From contig OZ024743.1 of NCBI GenBank assembly GCA_964016885.1, positions 71,052,001-71,116,000 on the forward strand: 64,000 nucleotides of DNA, in the 5' to 3' direction. Positions 13,782 through 27,723 of the stretch are shown piece after piece. Position 1 is the first letter of the stretch, and each line of letters begins with the position of its first letter. A program made the position numbers and the translations under genes. Source of the DNA: Eledone cirrhosa (lineage: Eukaryota). Below the pieces are notes generated by a model that saw nothing but the letters and a program-made list of their open reading frames with translations, did no database searches and was not told the DNA's origin.

Positions 13782-14424
13782 GTAGTTTTTTTTTTTTCTT
13801 CAATGTTATTATGCTTCATTTCAAACTCCCAGCTCTTACGGAAAGAAAGAATACAAAAAAAAAAGAATATTGAAAAAAATAATCACTCTTTGCTTCTCAG
13901 TGTTTCAAAAATTGAATAACAACATTATATTTATATGTATGTATACAAACACACACAGACATATTTAATGTGTTTGTGTGTGTAAACTTGGGGGTAAAGG
14001 TGAATACAAACATTCACAACTCTAACCACAACTTTTATGTTGTGCCTCCCTTCTCTGACAAGGCACATAACTCTGCTTGCCTTAGTCTGCTTGGCTGACA
14101 ACAGTTTCTACTCTTAATCCATACTTGAGTAGCAACTAGTTGTAGAATTCATTCAGCAACTCAGCATTAAAAGCAATTGCTTTAAAAGGCTTTAAAAACA
14201 ACTGCTTCAACAATATGACAGCATTATATATATATATATATATATATAATGTGTATATATATATATATATATGCATATATATGCATATATATATGCATAT
14301 AGACATATATATATATATATGCCTATATATATATATATATATTTATTTGCTTCAATATATAAGCATTATTTATATATTACTCTTTTATTGGTTTCAGTCA
14401 AGACTGTGGCCATGCTGGGGCACC

Positions 14425-14460
<36 letters not shown>

Positions 14461-15128
14461 TGAGGTGACTCAGGTGGAAAAGCGTTGGTTTATTGTTATT
14501 ATATTATTGTGTTTTATCGTGTTTCCCTTTTCTGGCACTAAAATACTCAGATGTCTTGAAGTCAGGTCAACATCATTCTTATCATTCCAGGATCAACCAA
14601 TTAATGGAGAACAATGAATATATATATATATATATATAATTGATTCATATATATATGTGTGTGTGTGTGTGTGTGTATATGTGTATGTACATATATATAT
14701 ATATATATATATACATACACATATGTGTATGTATATATATATTTATATATATATATATATATATATAGGTATATATATGTGTATATATAGGTATATATGT
14801 TTATATATATATATTTGTGTGTGTGTGTGTCTTGCCTTGCATATATACGTGTGTATATGTATGTGAATATATACGTGTGCGTGTTTGTATCATATGTATA
14901 TGTATATACACATGCATATATATATATATATATATATGTGTGCTCACATACATTTATAAAAACGTGGACATTGAATTTGTATTATACATCATTCATTCAA
15001 AATTGTTTCTCTCCAGGTTCATTCCTCTCTCTCTCTCACACTCACCTTTTCTTTCTCCCTCCCCCTCTCTCTCTCTCACACCCTTTCTCTCTCTCACAAA
15101 CATCTCGCTGTTTTGTTTCGTAATCTAG

Positions 15129-15191
15129 ATGGACATCATACATTTCGGAATACCTTTGGTAAAATTCTCAAGGACAACAAAATTCGCGAAG
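15129..15191 (+). CDS. Candidate 63-nt phase-1 cassette exon of the Fat-like cadherin (DGHHTFRNTFGKILKDNKIRE)
   Basis: Long pyrimidine tract + TAG acceptor, AAG|GTATCA donor, 3n length, open in phase 1; no homology evidence. Confidence 0.35.
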
Positions 15192-15755
15192 GTATCATTA
15201 TCACTATTATTATTATTAATAATCTTTTTTTTTACTGCAAAGGACTGATATATTTTTTCAAACCTCAATTCTATTATAGTTTATAAAACATCCCACTTTT
15301 TTTTTTTTTTTTTTTCGCTAATTGATTTCTACTGATCCATTTGCATGTTAATTAGAATGAAATTAATCATAACGAAATATTACTGATACTGTTTGTCGTT
15401 CGTTTTTGTCTTGTGAAACTTTAAAACAAGCAGAGAAATGAATCAATTAACAATTAAACTATTAATAAAATCTCTGATGGAATGCAGCTTTGCTTGAAAT
15501 TCAATAAACAAAAAAAATTCTTTTGAATATAGAAAATATTTTGAATATGACAAAATCTAATTTGTTAAAGTTGTTGAAATGTGGATTTGTATCTCTCTAA
15601 TCTGGTAGGCATAGCTAAGGAGTTAGTTTGGCAACCATGTGGCTTTCGGGTTGATCACATCATGTAGCACTTTGGGTGATTTGTGAGTAAATTTTTTACA
15701 TGGAAACTGTACTGAATTCTATTGTGTGTGTATATACATTTTATATATATATATA

Positions 15756-16170
15756 TATTTATTAAAATAACAGATTAAAGTTTAAGCAAAGAATCGCTGC
15801 ATTCACCCTTAACGGGATCTTCTGAAACTAAAAAAAATCAATCTGTGAACGCAGAAGTAAATATTTCAAAAAACGTTACAACCGAAGGAAAACAGGAAGA
15901 CAATTCTTTGGTTCGTGAAAACGTTCCCTGGCAATGAACAGAAAAAAGCAAAGATAATACATCGTTTTTCGAAATATTTACTTCTGCATTCACAGATTGA
16001 TTTTTTTTTAGTTTCAGAAGATCCTGTTAATGGTGAAAGCAGCGATTCTTTGCTTAAACTTTAATCTATTATTTTAATAAATATTTGCTCTAGGGTTCTT
16101 ATATGTGTGATATATATTTATCCATATCGAGCCCTCTTTGGATTTTAGTCTTCACATTTATTATTAATAC
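15756..16170. mobile_element. (TA)n-embedded fold-back element, ~120-bp diverged inverted arms (15756-15875 / 15963-16084)
   Basis: ATTTATTAAAATAACAGATTAAAGTTTAAGCAAAGAATCGCTGC... and reverse complement; degenerate hammerhead-like CAGAAGA..GAAAGC at ~16015-16055. Confidence 0.75.
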
Positions 16171-16902
16171 TATATATATATATATATATACATATACATA
16201 CATTTATATATATACATACATATATATATATATACATATATATAATGTGTGTGTATAGTTGACTATTCACTTTGCATTTACCATTTGCACAGGCAGTAAC
16301 ATTTGCTTATGGTGTGTTCTGCATAAACAATTTGAGCTAATGTTAGGAAGAACACCTGGCCATAGTATAACTGCTTCAGAAAAACCTCATCCAACCTATG
16401 CTAGCATTGAAAAACACGATGAAGGTACATTACATATTTTATCTGTTCCTTATTTTGATATGGGGAGTATGAAGCTATCTAAAAAATATTAGAAGTAGTA
16501 CATATTTTTTTTTTATTTTGTATTCGGTTTAGAATAGATATACCATCACGTGTTAATAAATTGCAAAGAGATATTGACTTTTTTGCCAGACTGATGATTT
16601 GCAGCTTTTATCAGCAATTACATAAATCTCTCTTCTCTGTTAAATGCAATACAGAATCATGACAATTGGTATTTTGTACTGACCATACATCTCTTCAGAT
16701 CTCCACTAGAAAGGTGTTGTTTCTTTATGATTGGCAGAGGGTAGTGATCTATTATTAGCTTGTTTTAGTTCGTTTATCATTGAGTGGCTAGCAAGGCCAA
16801 TCTTAAAGGGACAATCTCAAATCAAAAGGTGATCATTTGAAGAGACTATTAATTCCTGTGGCATTTTTTACCTTGTTTCTTGTCTGACTTTTCTGTGTTT
16901 AA

Positions 16903-17526
16903 CCCTTTAGCATTTAAACCGACCATATCCAGCCTGAAATCTCTCACCTCTTTCTGTTGCAACTGGCTGCTCATACTTATATTATGGTATTGTTTTCAAA
17001 ATAGATAATATCATAATCTCATAGGTTTGACATTATGTGAGATAAAGCCTTTACTGTGAAAATACAATAGTATATATAGAGTAATGTAAATGGTATGTGA
17101 GATAACGTCTTTACCACATAAATACAATAGTAAATATAGAGTAATGTAAATGCTATGTGAGATATTATGTGTGGTAAAACCTTTACCATGAAAATACAAT
17201 AGTATATATAGTGTAATGTAAAGTTATGTGAGGTAAAACCTTTACCATGAAAATACAATAGTATATATAGAGTAATGTAAAGTTATGTGAGGTAAGGCTT
17301 TTACTGTGAAAATACAATAGTATATATAGAGTAATGTAAATGTTATGTGAGATAAAGTCTTTACCATGAAAAATACAATAGTAAATATAGAGTAATGTAA
17401 ATGTTATATGAGGTAAAGCCTTTACCATGAAAATACAATAGTAAATATAGAGTAATGTAAAGTTATGTGAGGTAAGACCTTTACTGTGAAAATACAATAG
17501 TATAGGGTAATGTAAATGTTAAAGGG
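16903..17526. mobile_element. piggyBac-type MITE family 1 with an internal ~60-bp tandem expansion (~8 copies, 17031-17520)
   Basis: TTAA|CCCTTTAGCATTTA...TAAATGTTAAAGGG|TTAA; body homologous to 26511-26731. Confidence 0.85.
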
Positions 17527-18640
17527 TTAATGTAATCTTCAAAATGCTTGGATACATTGAATATACTCTTTCTTCTTGATACATTATGAATTGCATTCTT
17601 TCTCAACTTTCAAATATGAAGATTGCCTTTCTTCTGATCAGATTTAATTGATAGAAATCTGCATGTGTTTATTTGTGTGTCTGTGTGTCTGTTGATTGGG
17701 ATTCTTGATATTTTTAGGGCTGATTTTTCTCCTCCTCCTCCCCTTCTCACAACTAACAGACGTTTTAAAGTTACAGTAGTATTATTGCTTGTTCTAACTA
17801 CAGTCACTTGACACTCAAAACAAAACAAAGGGTCAGTAGGTTTTACTATTATTACTACTACTACTACCATTACTACTACTACTACTACAATTACTGCTAC
17901 TACAACTAGTACTATTACAACTAGTACTACAATTAGTAGAAAATAACATAGAAGTGACCTATAATGTTAATGAATGTATTAACCAACATATTCCTAAATC
18001 ATTGCTAAATGTTTTGTTGTTGATGCCCTATTCATGAACATATATCTGATGAACTACATTACCTATGTATTTTAATTAACTTTGAAATTAATTCTTTTGA
18101 TTGGTTTTTCCAAACATGTATGAATAAAAGGCACTCTTGGGTCCCAAATTATAACTTGGGGAGTGGGGCGAAATAAGCAGCAGGGTTGGAATAATCAGAA
18201 GGTGATCAGTAATTTGTCTGGGTTGGTACCATTGATATTTTAAAAAACCAGAATTAGCCGTTTAGTTTACATAATGAGAATCCAAACCATCTTGTTTATT
18301 TTATAAGGTATGGGATTTCTAGTAGCATTCTTTTTTGTCATGTCTAAAGAAAATTAATTGTTGCAGGAATGCTACCACTTAAAATAAAACTTTGCCAGAG
18401 ATAGATTAGCAAAATTTAATAAGTGTGGGTGGGTTATTCAAAACCTGAGAACATTTACATAAAACTATGATGGAAGATTTTAAATTAAACAAATATTCTA
18501 ACATGAATTTTCTTTGTATATCATAAAACCAAGGGTGTTTTTTTGTTGTTGTTCTTTTTGGAAGGGGGGGGGGGGCAGTTTAGTAACAGATGGGTTAATG
18601 TTGAGGATTATGCTGTTGTTGTTGTTGTTGTTGTTGTTGT

Positions 18641-18960
18641 TGTGTGACCCGCAAGTCAGCTGTGATTGGTCAGTACTAGTGATGTTGGTGTTGTGTAACC
18701 CCAGATCAATTGCGATTAGTCAGTACTAGTGATGTTGGTGTTGTGTAACCCCAGATCAACTGCGATTAGTCAGTACTAATGATGTTGGCGTTGTGTAACC
18801 CCAGATCAGCTGCGATTGGTCAGTACTAGTGATGTTGGTGTTGTGTAACCCCAGATCAGCTGCGATTGGTCAGTACTAGTGATGTTGGTGTTGTGTAACC
18901 CCAGATCAGCCGTGATTGGTCAGTACTAGTGATGTTGGTGTTGTGTAACCCTGGGTCAAC
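18641..18960. repeat. 50-bp minisatellite, ~6 copies
   Basis: TTGTGTAACCCCAGATCAGCTGCGATTGGTCAGTACTAGTGATGTTGGTG repeated. Confidence 0.95.
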
Positions 18961-19334
18961 TCTAACTGAGCAGTCCTCCAACTTTCAGGTAGTCAGCTCA
19001 AGTATCTGTTGGTACGTTTCCTCCTAGTCAAGAGCCATACTTCTCATTCAAACATGCAGTGTGACAATGTGGATATATTGCACTCCTTCCACATCTGTAG
19101 TATGTGGAGAGATTAAGGGCTGCAGCTGATCATAATCCATATTGGATTTAGTGTATGTCTCTACTAATTGTTGTTGTTTCATCCTGTTGGGACCTGTGGC
19201 TGCTCTGTATATGTTTATATACCCAATTGTTTCTTTCTGTGGACTAAATGTGGCACCTGTGATTAAGTGTGGTACCTGTGATTAAGTGTGGTATCTATGA
19301 TAGCTCTAAATATGTTTGTTTGTACACGATTGTT

Positions 19335-19575
19335 ATAATAATAATAATAATAATAATGAAATTATTGTGTACAGTGCTCAGGTGCACTACAACTCGTCAA
19401 AGGTGCATGTATAGTACATAGAATAATATACAAATGTCATGGAAGTGAATAGTGTATGAGTCATGATATACATGTGTGTATGTGTATGGAACTGATGCAG
19501 GTAGTTTGTTCCATGCTTCAGCAACTCTGAGCGTGAAAGAATGTTTCCGAAAGTCATGGGAACTGTGCTGTTTTC
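19335..19575 (-). mobile_element. 3' end of CR1-like LINE
   Basis: Minus strand encodes HSSHDFRKHSFTLRVA (CR1-type C-terminal R..F..RV); shared 3' UTR and (ATT)n tail with 11548 and 39895 copies. Confidence 0.6.
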
Positions 19576-20440
19576 ATTCTGTGGCCTATATGTAGTACCT
19601 GTGATTAAGTGTGATAACTGTGGAATATGAGTGGTACTTGTGGTACCTGTGGACTAAATGTGACACCTGTAATTGATCTAAATATGTTTGTTAGTACACA
19701 ATTGTTGTTTTCCTTCTGTGGCCTATATGTAGTACCTGTGATTGGTGAAAGTTTCTACACCGCTGTCATTGTTTCTTACTGATCAACAAATATAGTATCT
19801 GTGATTTCTCTAATAATGTTTGTACACAATTGCTCATGTTTCTATATTTAACAAATATGGGTCTTCTCATTGATCTATGTATGTTTGTGTATGTCATACA
19901 GTTTTCTTTACAATATCTTCTCAGTGTATTGTGAATGTTGTGGAAGTATTGTATGTAACACCTAGTATAATTTTGTCTCCTGTGTGTATGTAATATGTGC
20001 ATATTGTTGGTTGTTATGTTTGGTTGTACTTTGTTGCTGAAGGTAAGAAGGGAGACTGTGGGTTTGGTTGATTTTACATTTAGTTTGTTTTGGAGACAGG
20101 ATTCTAGGTCATTGATGTACTGCAGTATCCTGGAGATTAGTTGAATGATGGGAGTGTGTAATCTCATCTTCTTCTGAGGCTGTCTGTATGTTTTGTGAAG
20201 GTGTGGGAAGGTTGTGTATGTGTAGAAGGAAAGAGTTAGTGAGTGGACAGATGATATAAAGTGACAGACAGGTAGAGTGTCAGATAGACAGACATAGAGA
20301 ATAATAGACAGGCAACTGGAGTGATAGATTGACAGATGGATAGAGTAAGGGATTGAGGTAAATAAGACTCAGAAACATATATCTACTGAAGTATATATTT
20401 TCAAAGAAGTAAACTTTATTTTCCTTGTGTAATGAATGAC

Positions 20441-20677
20441 TCTATTCTGTTGCTTTGATCCTCAAATTTTCATCTTCCAGAATGATCTGAAATATTTAAC
20501 ATAATCTGAGCTATTCTGTTGCTTTCATCCTCAACTTTTGATCCTCAAATTTTGATCTTCCAGAATGATCTGAAATATTTAACATAATCTGAGCTATTCT
20601 ATTGCTTTGATCCTCAACTTTTGATCCTCAAATTTTGATCTTCCAGAATGATCTGAAATATTTAACATAATCTGAGC
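20441..20677. repeat. ~70-85-bp tandem repeat, 3 copies
   Basis: CTATTCTGTTGCTTTGATCCTCAA...CCAGAATGATCTGAAATATTTAACATAATCTGAGC x3. Confidence 0.9.
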
Positions 20678-21723
20678 CAGTTTAGCATGTTCTCTTTCTC
20701 TCTCTCCCTTGCTCTCTCTTCCCTTTGTCTCTCTCTCCTCTCTTTTCCTCACCCCTCTCTCTCTCTCTGTCTTCCCTATCTCTCTCCTTTGCTCTCTCTT
20801 CCCTCTATCTCCCTTGCTCTCTCTACACTCTATCTCCCCATCTCTCTCTCTTGCTCTCTTTTCCCCTCCTTCTCTTTTACTCCCCCTCTCATTTCTCTCT
20901 CTTCCCTAACTCTCCCTTGCTCTCTCTACCCTCTGTCTCCCCTTCTCCCTCTCTCTCTTGCTCTGTTTCCCCTCTCTCCTTCTTTTTTACTCCCCCCTCT
21001 CATTTCTCTTTCTTTCTCTCCTTGCATTAGGCATCTTTGATCCATATTTTTTAAAAGACGTCTCTTGTTCTTATAATTTTTTTCTATGTTTAATTTTGTT
21101 GTTTATTTATAAATGTTGATCCCCAAATTCTTGTTACATTCTACACGGGATCTGACAAATTGGTTCAGTAAAGTATTCAAACAACACAACAAAAATATTG
21201 CTCAAATCTTTTCTTCCCAAGAATTTATTTTAAATAATTGTTTGTTTGTCTTTGTTTTAATTTTATTTTATTGACATTTTTTTAATTGTTTCATTGTTAC
21301 TGTGATTATTTTTTTTGTATCTTAGCAAATATAATCTTACTAAAATGATAATGATGATAGAAATATTAAAATATATATTATGTGAATTTATAAATTTAAA
21401 TGCCTCTCTGTGGAGTTGTTGAGAAAATAGCCAGTTTGGTGTATAATCAATTCTCCACTGTTGTACAATCATTTACTCTAGCTAAAGTTCTCCAGTTTAT
21501 GATATAATCAATGACCCCTCGGTAAATTTTTATCTTTAATTTTAGGCCTATCTAAAATTTTTCATTTTAGACTATTTTAGGTGAGGTGGGGGCAGGTCAA
21601 CACTGAGGAATACACTGGGGTTGTTTAACTTTAGATGCTAACCTTGACCAATAAAGTTCCGACTATGACCATTTTGTCAGTTTTCTCAGATATAGGGCAT
21701 TTTCCTTATTTCTTGTTGTTTAA

Positions 21724-21944
21724 CCCATTAGTATTTACACTGGCCACATCTGGCCAGAATCCTCTCACCTCTTTTTGTTCAAATCGGCTGCAACTTGTCA
21801 CTCATACTGAGGTTAAGGTATTGTTCTCAAAATAAATATCATCAAAATCTCATAGATTCAATATTATGTGAGATAATTATGTAAGATAAAGCCTTTACCA
21901 TGAAAATAAAATAGTAAATATAGAGTAATGTAAATGCTAAAGGG
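21724..21944. mobile_element. piggyBac-type MITE family 1
   Basis: TTAA|CCCATTAGTATTTA...TAAATGCTAAAGGG|TTCA; homologous to 26511-26731. Confidence 0.8.
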
Positions 21945-22613
21945 TTCAACCTTTCATTAACATATTTCTTAACATCTAATACCACAGGGAACTGCATTAG
22001 CAAGACATTCTTGAAAAGTACAAAACCGTACTATGATTGCATATATGAAAAATTAACATCTGTACTTTAGTTTACTGCGAATTTTTACAACAGTTTCATT
22101 ACCATATTTCCGATGAAAGACACTTCCTATGAATTTCAAATAATTAAAAATGTAGAGTGATTTAGTAATATAACTAACCTTCTCATTCTTAAGCTGGTGC
22201 TTGGAACATAACTTAACAAGTATTTTCCCATAAAACTATTATGGAAAGTTTTTAGATAAATATAAATAGTTTTATATCATAGAATCAGAAGCAGTTTCAG
22301 GTTGATGGGTATGGGGTGGGGGTGGGGTCAGCTTTGATCTAGCAGACCTAAGGTCAAAGACATTCTAGCTATGACCATTACATCATATTCTGTAGACACT
22401 CTATACTAAGGGATTCTTCATTGTTTAACCACAGATCAGTCTTGATCTAACAGACTTAGGATTAACATTACTCAAACCATAGCCATCCTGTCATCTATTC
22501 CGATGTGTTGTATCTACTCTATCATCCAAAGTCTCCTTCATTTTGAAGATAGTACCGTGTGAATTACATAAAATGTTGTAGCTATTCTTAGCAGGTCAAC
22601 TAATCCAATAGAG

Positions 22614-22944
22614 GAGAGGTTCTCAAAGTGGGTGTTACCAGGCCCCTGGGGGGGGGGGGGGGGGGGCGTTGAGAAGGGGCGGCAGGAGCAGTAGAGATGA
22701 TGTAATAATATATTAAATATCAAATGATACATATTATATATAAATATAGTAAAATAAAAAGTATATAATATTTATTTATACATAGTATATATTATATTAG
22801 TTATTATATATAAATTAACGGTTTTATTTATTATATATTATTTACAATTTGCATGTAGGCAGGTCTCTCTAGAAATAGGGTTGGGGTGTGAGGCTATTAC
22901 GTGGCCATGAAGCGGGGGTTGGCACCAAAGTTTGAGAACATCTG
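22614..22944. mobile_element. hAT (Charlie-like) MITE with 8-bp target-site duplication
   Basis: TIRs GAGAGGTTCTCAAA / TTTGAGAACATCTG; perfect TSD CAATAGAG at 22606-22613 and 22945-22952. Confidence 0.85.
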
Positions 22945-23205
22945 CAATAGAGGCTCCTTTGGTACTTTGTAAACACCAAACAGTGTGGGGGACATTTTTG
23001 TTGTATTACTATTGTTTATTGATATTTGAAGCATTGGAGTGGATGGGTGGATGGGGGTGTCTTGCTGGTGACGAAACTGAACAAAGACTGCATTCATAAA
23101 ACAGCTGATGGATTCACAAACATTTTTCTTTCTGAGAAAAGCCTTCTGTAAGAGCTGAGTATGTGTGTATGTACATATATATGTATGTGTGTGTGCGTGT
23201 GTATG

Positions 23206-23316
<111 letters not shown>

Positions 23317-23790
23317 GTAGGAGGTCAGTTTTATTGTAGTACAATAAAGCAATGCAGATATCGGATAAGTAGCACTCTACAATTTGTAGGACTGGAGTAT
23401 AAATAATATAAGATCAAAAGATGGTTAAAAGAGTTCCCTGTATTTTATTATGCCCATTTCAAAAACAAATATCATCATGCGATGACATTTGCGTTTTCGT
23501 CAGATAAAATAGGGAGACATGATATGAAGGTTAAAAAACACTTGTGAATAGTACAGTCATGTCTCCCTATTTTATCCCTTCATATCATGTCTCCCTATTT
23601 TATCTGACGAAAACGCAAATGTCATCGCATAATGATATTTGTTTTTGAAATGGGCATAATAAAATACATGGAACTCTTTTAACCATCTTTTGATCTTATA
23701 TTATTTATACTCCAGTCCTACAAATTGTAGAGTGCTACTTATCCGATATCTGCATTGCTTTATTGTACTACAATAAAACTCACCTCCTAC
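23317..23790. mobile_element. (TA)n-embedded fold-back element, ~214-bp inverted arms (23317-23530 / 23577-23790), hammerhead in each arm
   Basis: GTAGGAGGTCAGTTTTATTGTAG... / ...CTACAATAAAACTCACCTCCTAC; few mismatches; spacer holds a partial duplicate TCATGTCTCCCTATTTTATC. Confidence 0.85.
23596..23666 (+). ncRNA. Type I hammerhead ribozyme motif (mirror copy on - strand 23441-23511)
   Basis: TATTTTAT-CTGACGA-long stem II (GCAAATGTCAT/ATGATATTTGT)-GAAA-TGGGCA-TA-ATAAAATA; perfect 8-bp stem I; predicted cleavage after 23658. Confidence 0.8.
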
Positions 23791-23872
23791 ATATATGTAT
23801 ATGTATTATATATATATATGTATATGTATTATATATATATATGTATATGTATTATATATATATATGTATATG

Positions 23873-23912
<40 letters not shown>

Positions 23913-24977
23913 TATATATATATATATATATGTATTATATATATATATATATGCATGTATATATATATATGTATGTATTATATATATGCATGTATGTATA
24001 TATATATGTATGTGGTGTATGTATATATATATATATGTGGTGTATGTATGTATGTATGTATGTATATATATATATGTATGTGGTGTATGTATGTATGTAT
24101 ATATATATATATATATATGTATGTGGTGTATGTATGTATATATATATATATATATGTGTGTGTATGTGGTGTGTGTATATATATATATATATTATTGAAA
24201 TTTCAAATATATTATCTTGTTTTATCACTTGCCATCATCCTTCCACTGCATGCCTTATAATGTTTCCTCCTCCTTCACATCCTCCACCTCCTTCACATTT
24301 TCATCCTCCTCCTCCATCACAACCTTCACCACCTTCACATCCTTTACCACTTTTTTTAATTATATATTTATTTTCTTGACTTTATTCTCATCTCCCTGCA
24401 CCTGTCATCGTTGTCTTGGTTGTCATCATCGTCATCACTGTCGTTGCTGCAATTGTTGTTGTTGTTGTTGTTGTTGTTGTTAGTTGTACACATGCACCTC
24501 TTTAAACTTTATTATATCAGCACCTGCTAACCTGTTTTATACAGTGACCATCACCTCAGAATCAGAGTCAAAGTGTGAAACAGATTCTCATCAAACTTCT
24601 TTGTTCAATAATGATGTTACTATTACCATTATTATTACTATTATTATTATTACTATTATTATTATTATTATTATTATTTCTTAAGTCCTGTGTGGTTAAT
24701 AAAGAAATCGTTATTTCTTCTTCTTCGTCTCCTTCTTCTTCTTCTTCTTTTTTGTTGTATATTATCGGTGTTATTTTTGTTTAAAAATCTTCCGACTAAT
24801 ATTTTTGTCATTTTCTCTGGTCTTGATTTTTTTTTTCTTCATTTGCTTCTCCTTATTTTGGGGATGTTTCAGTGCTGTTTGTCCTTCTGGCAACATTCTA
24901 CAACTATTATTATTAGTAGTATACCTACTAAATCAGTGGCCTTATTCTGTCACTCTTAGAAACTACTTTTCCATTAA

Positions 24978-25234
24978 CCCTTTCATTGCCATATTTCTGA
25001 TGAAAGACATTACCTATGGTTTTCAAATACTTTTCAAAATAATCAAGAATTTGGAAGGATTTAGTACTCTAATTCCCTTTCTCATTATGAAGCTGGTGTT
25101 TGGATTATACCTTAACAAAGTTTCTTACATGTAATTATGATGGAAGGTTTTTAGATAAATATAATCACTTTAAAATAAACTGCTTTGTATTGTAGAACCA
25201 AGGTTGGTTTCAGGTAGTTTGGTACTGTAAAGGG
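24978..25234. mobile_element. piggyBac-like MITE family 2
   Basis: TTAA|CCCTTT...AAAGGG|TTGC; related copies at ~3985, ~22095 and ~26840-27782 (interrupted). Confidence 0.65.
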
Positions 25235-25614
25235 TTGCAACTGTAATTGGTTGCAAATATCAAAGTTGTTTGAGAACTTAGGCAAAACAACTTGTTGTTG
25301 AGAATTACTTGAGTATCCGACAAAATATCTTGTGGTTCAGAATGACTTGAGCCTTGTACAAAACATCTTGTTCAGAATTACTTGAGTATCAGACCTTGAA
25401 CAAAATATCTTGTTCACTTATTTTAACTCTAGAGAAAATATCATGTGGCTCAGAATGATTTGAGCCTTGAACAAAACATCTTGAGCTCTAAACAAAACAG
25501 AATTTAGTTTTGTCCTTCTGATTTACCAGTTCCACTCCTGTTCACTTTTCAATTTTCTACTGTGATCAGAAACAATCAACAAGACATTCTTTAATTAAAT
25601 TATTTCAGCAGAAT

Positions 25615-26050
25615 AAGGCAGTAGATTGGCAGTATTGGTAGAGTGTCGAACAACATGCTTTGTGACATAGAGTCACGGCCCTTTACGTTCTGAGTTCAAA
25701 TGCCACCGAGGTCAGCTTTGCCCTTCTTCCTTACTGAGTTGATAAAATGAAAAAAAGTTATGCACTGGGGACAATTTCTTTGAATTCCCCTTCCTCCAAA
25801 TTGTTGGCCTTGTGCTTATATCGAAACCATTATTTCAGTAGAATCATTACATCATTGTCAAAATTCTTCGTGATATTTGTTCCAGGTTTTACATTCTGAG
25901 TTCAAATCCCAGTGAAGTGAACTTTGTCTTTCATCCTTTTGAGGGTTAATAAAATAAAGTACCAGTCACGTACTGAGGTTGATATTGTCAACTTTCCCTT
26001 CCTCTCAAAATTGCTGGCCTTGTGCCTAAATTAAAAACCATCATTATTAT
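25615..26050 (+). mobile_element. Two tandem copies of SINE family A
   Basis: B-boxes CTGAGTTCAAAT at ~25690 and ~25897, shared core and ...GGCCTTGTGC...AACCAT tail. Confidence 0.8.
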
Positions 26051-26330
26051 CATTCTTTTTAAACTCATTTTATTCCAAGACAGCTTTTAAGAATACATTC
26101 CCTGATTCCTACATCACTATTATTATTATTTGTGCTTTCAATTTTTTTTTCTTTTTCTTAATTTTTCAAATATATTTTTTTCTTTTTGTGGTTATTTTCA
26201 GCCCTTCATGAACCAATCCACTTCAGTTAGCATCATTTTCTTTAAGCTTATAAATACCAACCTGCTTGAGATCATCCATAAAATGTTCAGATTTCAGTGG
26301 GTCCATTCTAACATTATATATATATATATA

Positions 26331-26365
<35 letters not shown>

Positions 26366-26510
26366 TACACACACATATATATCATAAAATATTGGGACCT
26401 GGCAACTGAACTTTTGCTCAGTCGCCGGGATCAGGCTCCTTATAATAAAGTCATACTCTATTACTCCAAGTATTGAGTACTCTGCTGAATAATGATCAAA
26501 CTAGTTTTAA

Positions 26511-26731
26511 CCCTTTAGCATTTAAACCAGCCATAACCGGCCAGAATTCTCTCACCTCTTTCTATTCAAACAGGCCATAACCAGCCACTCATACTTATGT
26601 TAAGGTATTTTTCTCAAAATATATAATATCGAAATCTCGTAGATTCGATATTATGCGAGATAATTATATGAGATAAAGTGTTTACCATGAAAATAAAATA
26701 GTAAATATAGAGTAATGTAAATGCTAAAGGG
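26511..26731. mobile_element. piggyBac-type MITE family 1, intact (221 bp)
   Basis: Perfect 14-bp TIRs CCCTTTAGCATTTA / TAAATGCTAAAGGG flanked by TTAA on both sides. Confidence 0.9.
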
Positions 26732-26750
26732 TTAAACTGCTTCTATCCTG

Positions 26751-26799
<49 letters not shown>

Positions 26800-27322
26800 T
26801 TAATCTATATCAACCTCATATATATCAGTTGCAGAAGTTTAAAAGTTGACTTTCTCATTATTAAGCTGGTATTTGAAGCATTACTTACCAAAGGTTCTTG
26901 CATAGAATCATGTTGGAAGGCTTTTAGATAAATATCAACATTTTAAGAAGTCAGTGAATCAGCCGAATAATTAAAACATCAGGTAACACTCTTTGGGATG
27001 TTTTTTCCAGCTCTCTGCACTCTGAGTTCAAATCCCAAAACAGTCAGCTTTAACTTTTATTCATTTAAGGTTAATAAAAAAAACGTGCTGGTCCAATACT
27101 GAGGTTGATTCTTCCTCTATATCTCTTTCACTTCTTCTCTATTACTCTCTCTCTCTCTTTCTCACCTTCTGTAGAAAAAAGAAATCTGCTGTGTCTTTTA
27201 ACCTTAACCTGGAAAAGGGATGGGGACCATTATGTTTAAAATGCCCAAATAATGTCACAATGGCATCCCAACATCTCCATCAAGAGTTATGGATCCATAC
27301 ATGCATACAAAAACAATTGAAA

Positions 27323-27723
27323 CCCTTTAGGATTTAAACCAGCCAGAGTTCTCTCACCTCTTTCTATTCAAACCAGTTGTAACTGGCTACTCATACTGAC
27401 GTAGATTTAATATGTATGACAAAGCATTTATCGTGAAAATACAACAGTAAATGTAGAGTAATGTAATTGGTAAAGGCGCATGGCTTTGTAGTTAGAGCAT
27501 TGGGCTTGCAATCGAAAGTTCAATTCTCTGACCGGGTGATGTGTTTTTTCCTTGAGCAAGACACTTTATTTCATGTTGCTCCAGTTTACTCAGCTGTAGA
27601 AATGAGATGATAGGACTGGGGTCCCTATCATTAAATAACCCAAGACACCTCCGAGATATACCTTGGAGGAGGCCAACTAAACCTGCATAGGTGTGAGCTG
27701 TCACAAACACAATCGGTAAAGGG
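27323..27723. mobile_element. piggyBac-type MITE family 1 interrupted in its right TIR by a SINE
   Basis: CCCTTTAGGATTTA...; resumes as AATCGGTAAAGGG|TTAA after the SINE. Confidence 0.75.
27475..27710 (+). mobile_element. tRNA-derived CORE-like SINE (family B) with TSD
   Basis: GGCGCATGGC..GTTAGAGC head, CCTTGAGCAAGACACTT..CAGTTTACTCAGCTGTAGAAATG CORE-like domain; TSD AATTGGTAAA / AATCGGTAAA; close to the 39453 copy. Confidence 0.85.

Noticed and set aside
19766-20167. 133-aa minus-strand ORF
   Set aside because: No recognisable motif; low-complexity GT-rich sequence
24997-25060. CTGATGA as a hammerhead core
   Set aside because: Lies within a MITE; no stem II/GAAA/UH arrangement, and a sister copy reads CCGATGA
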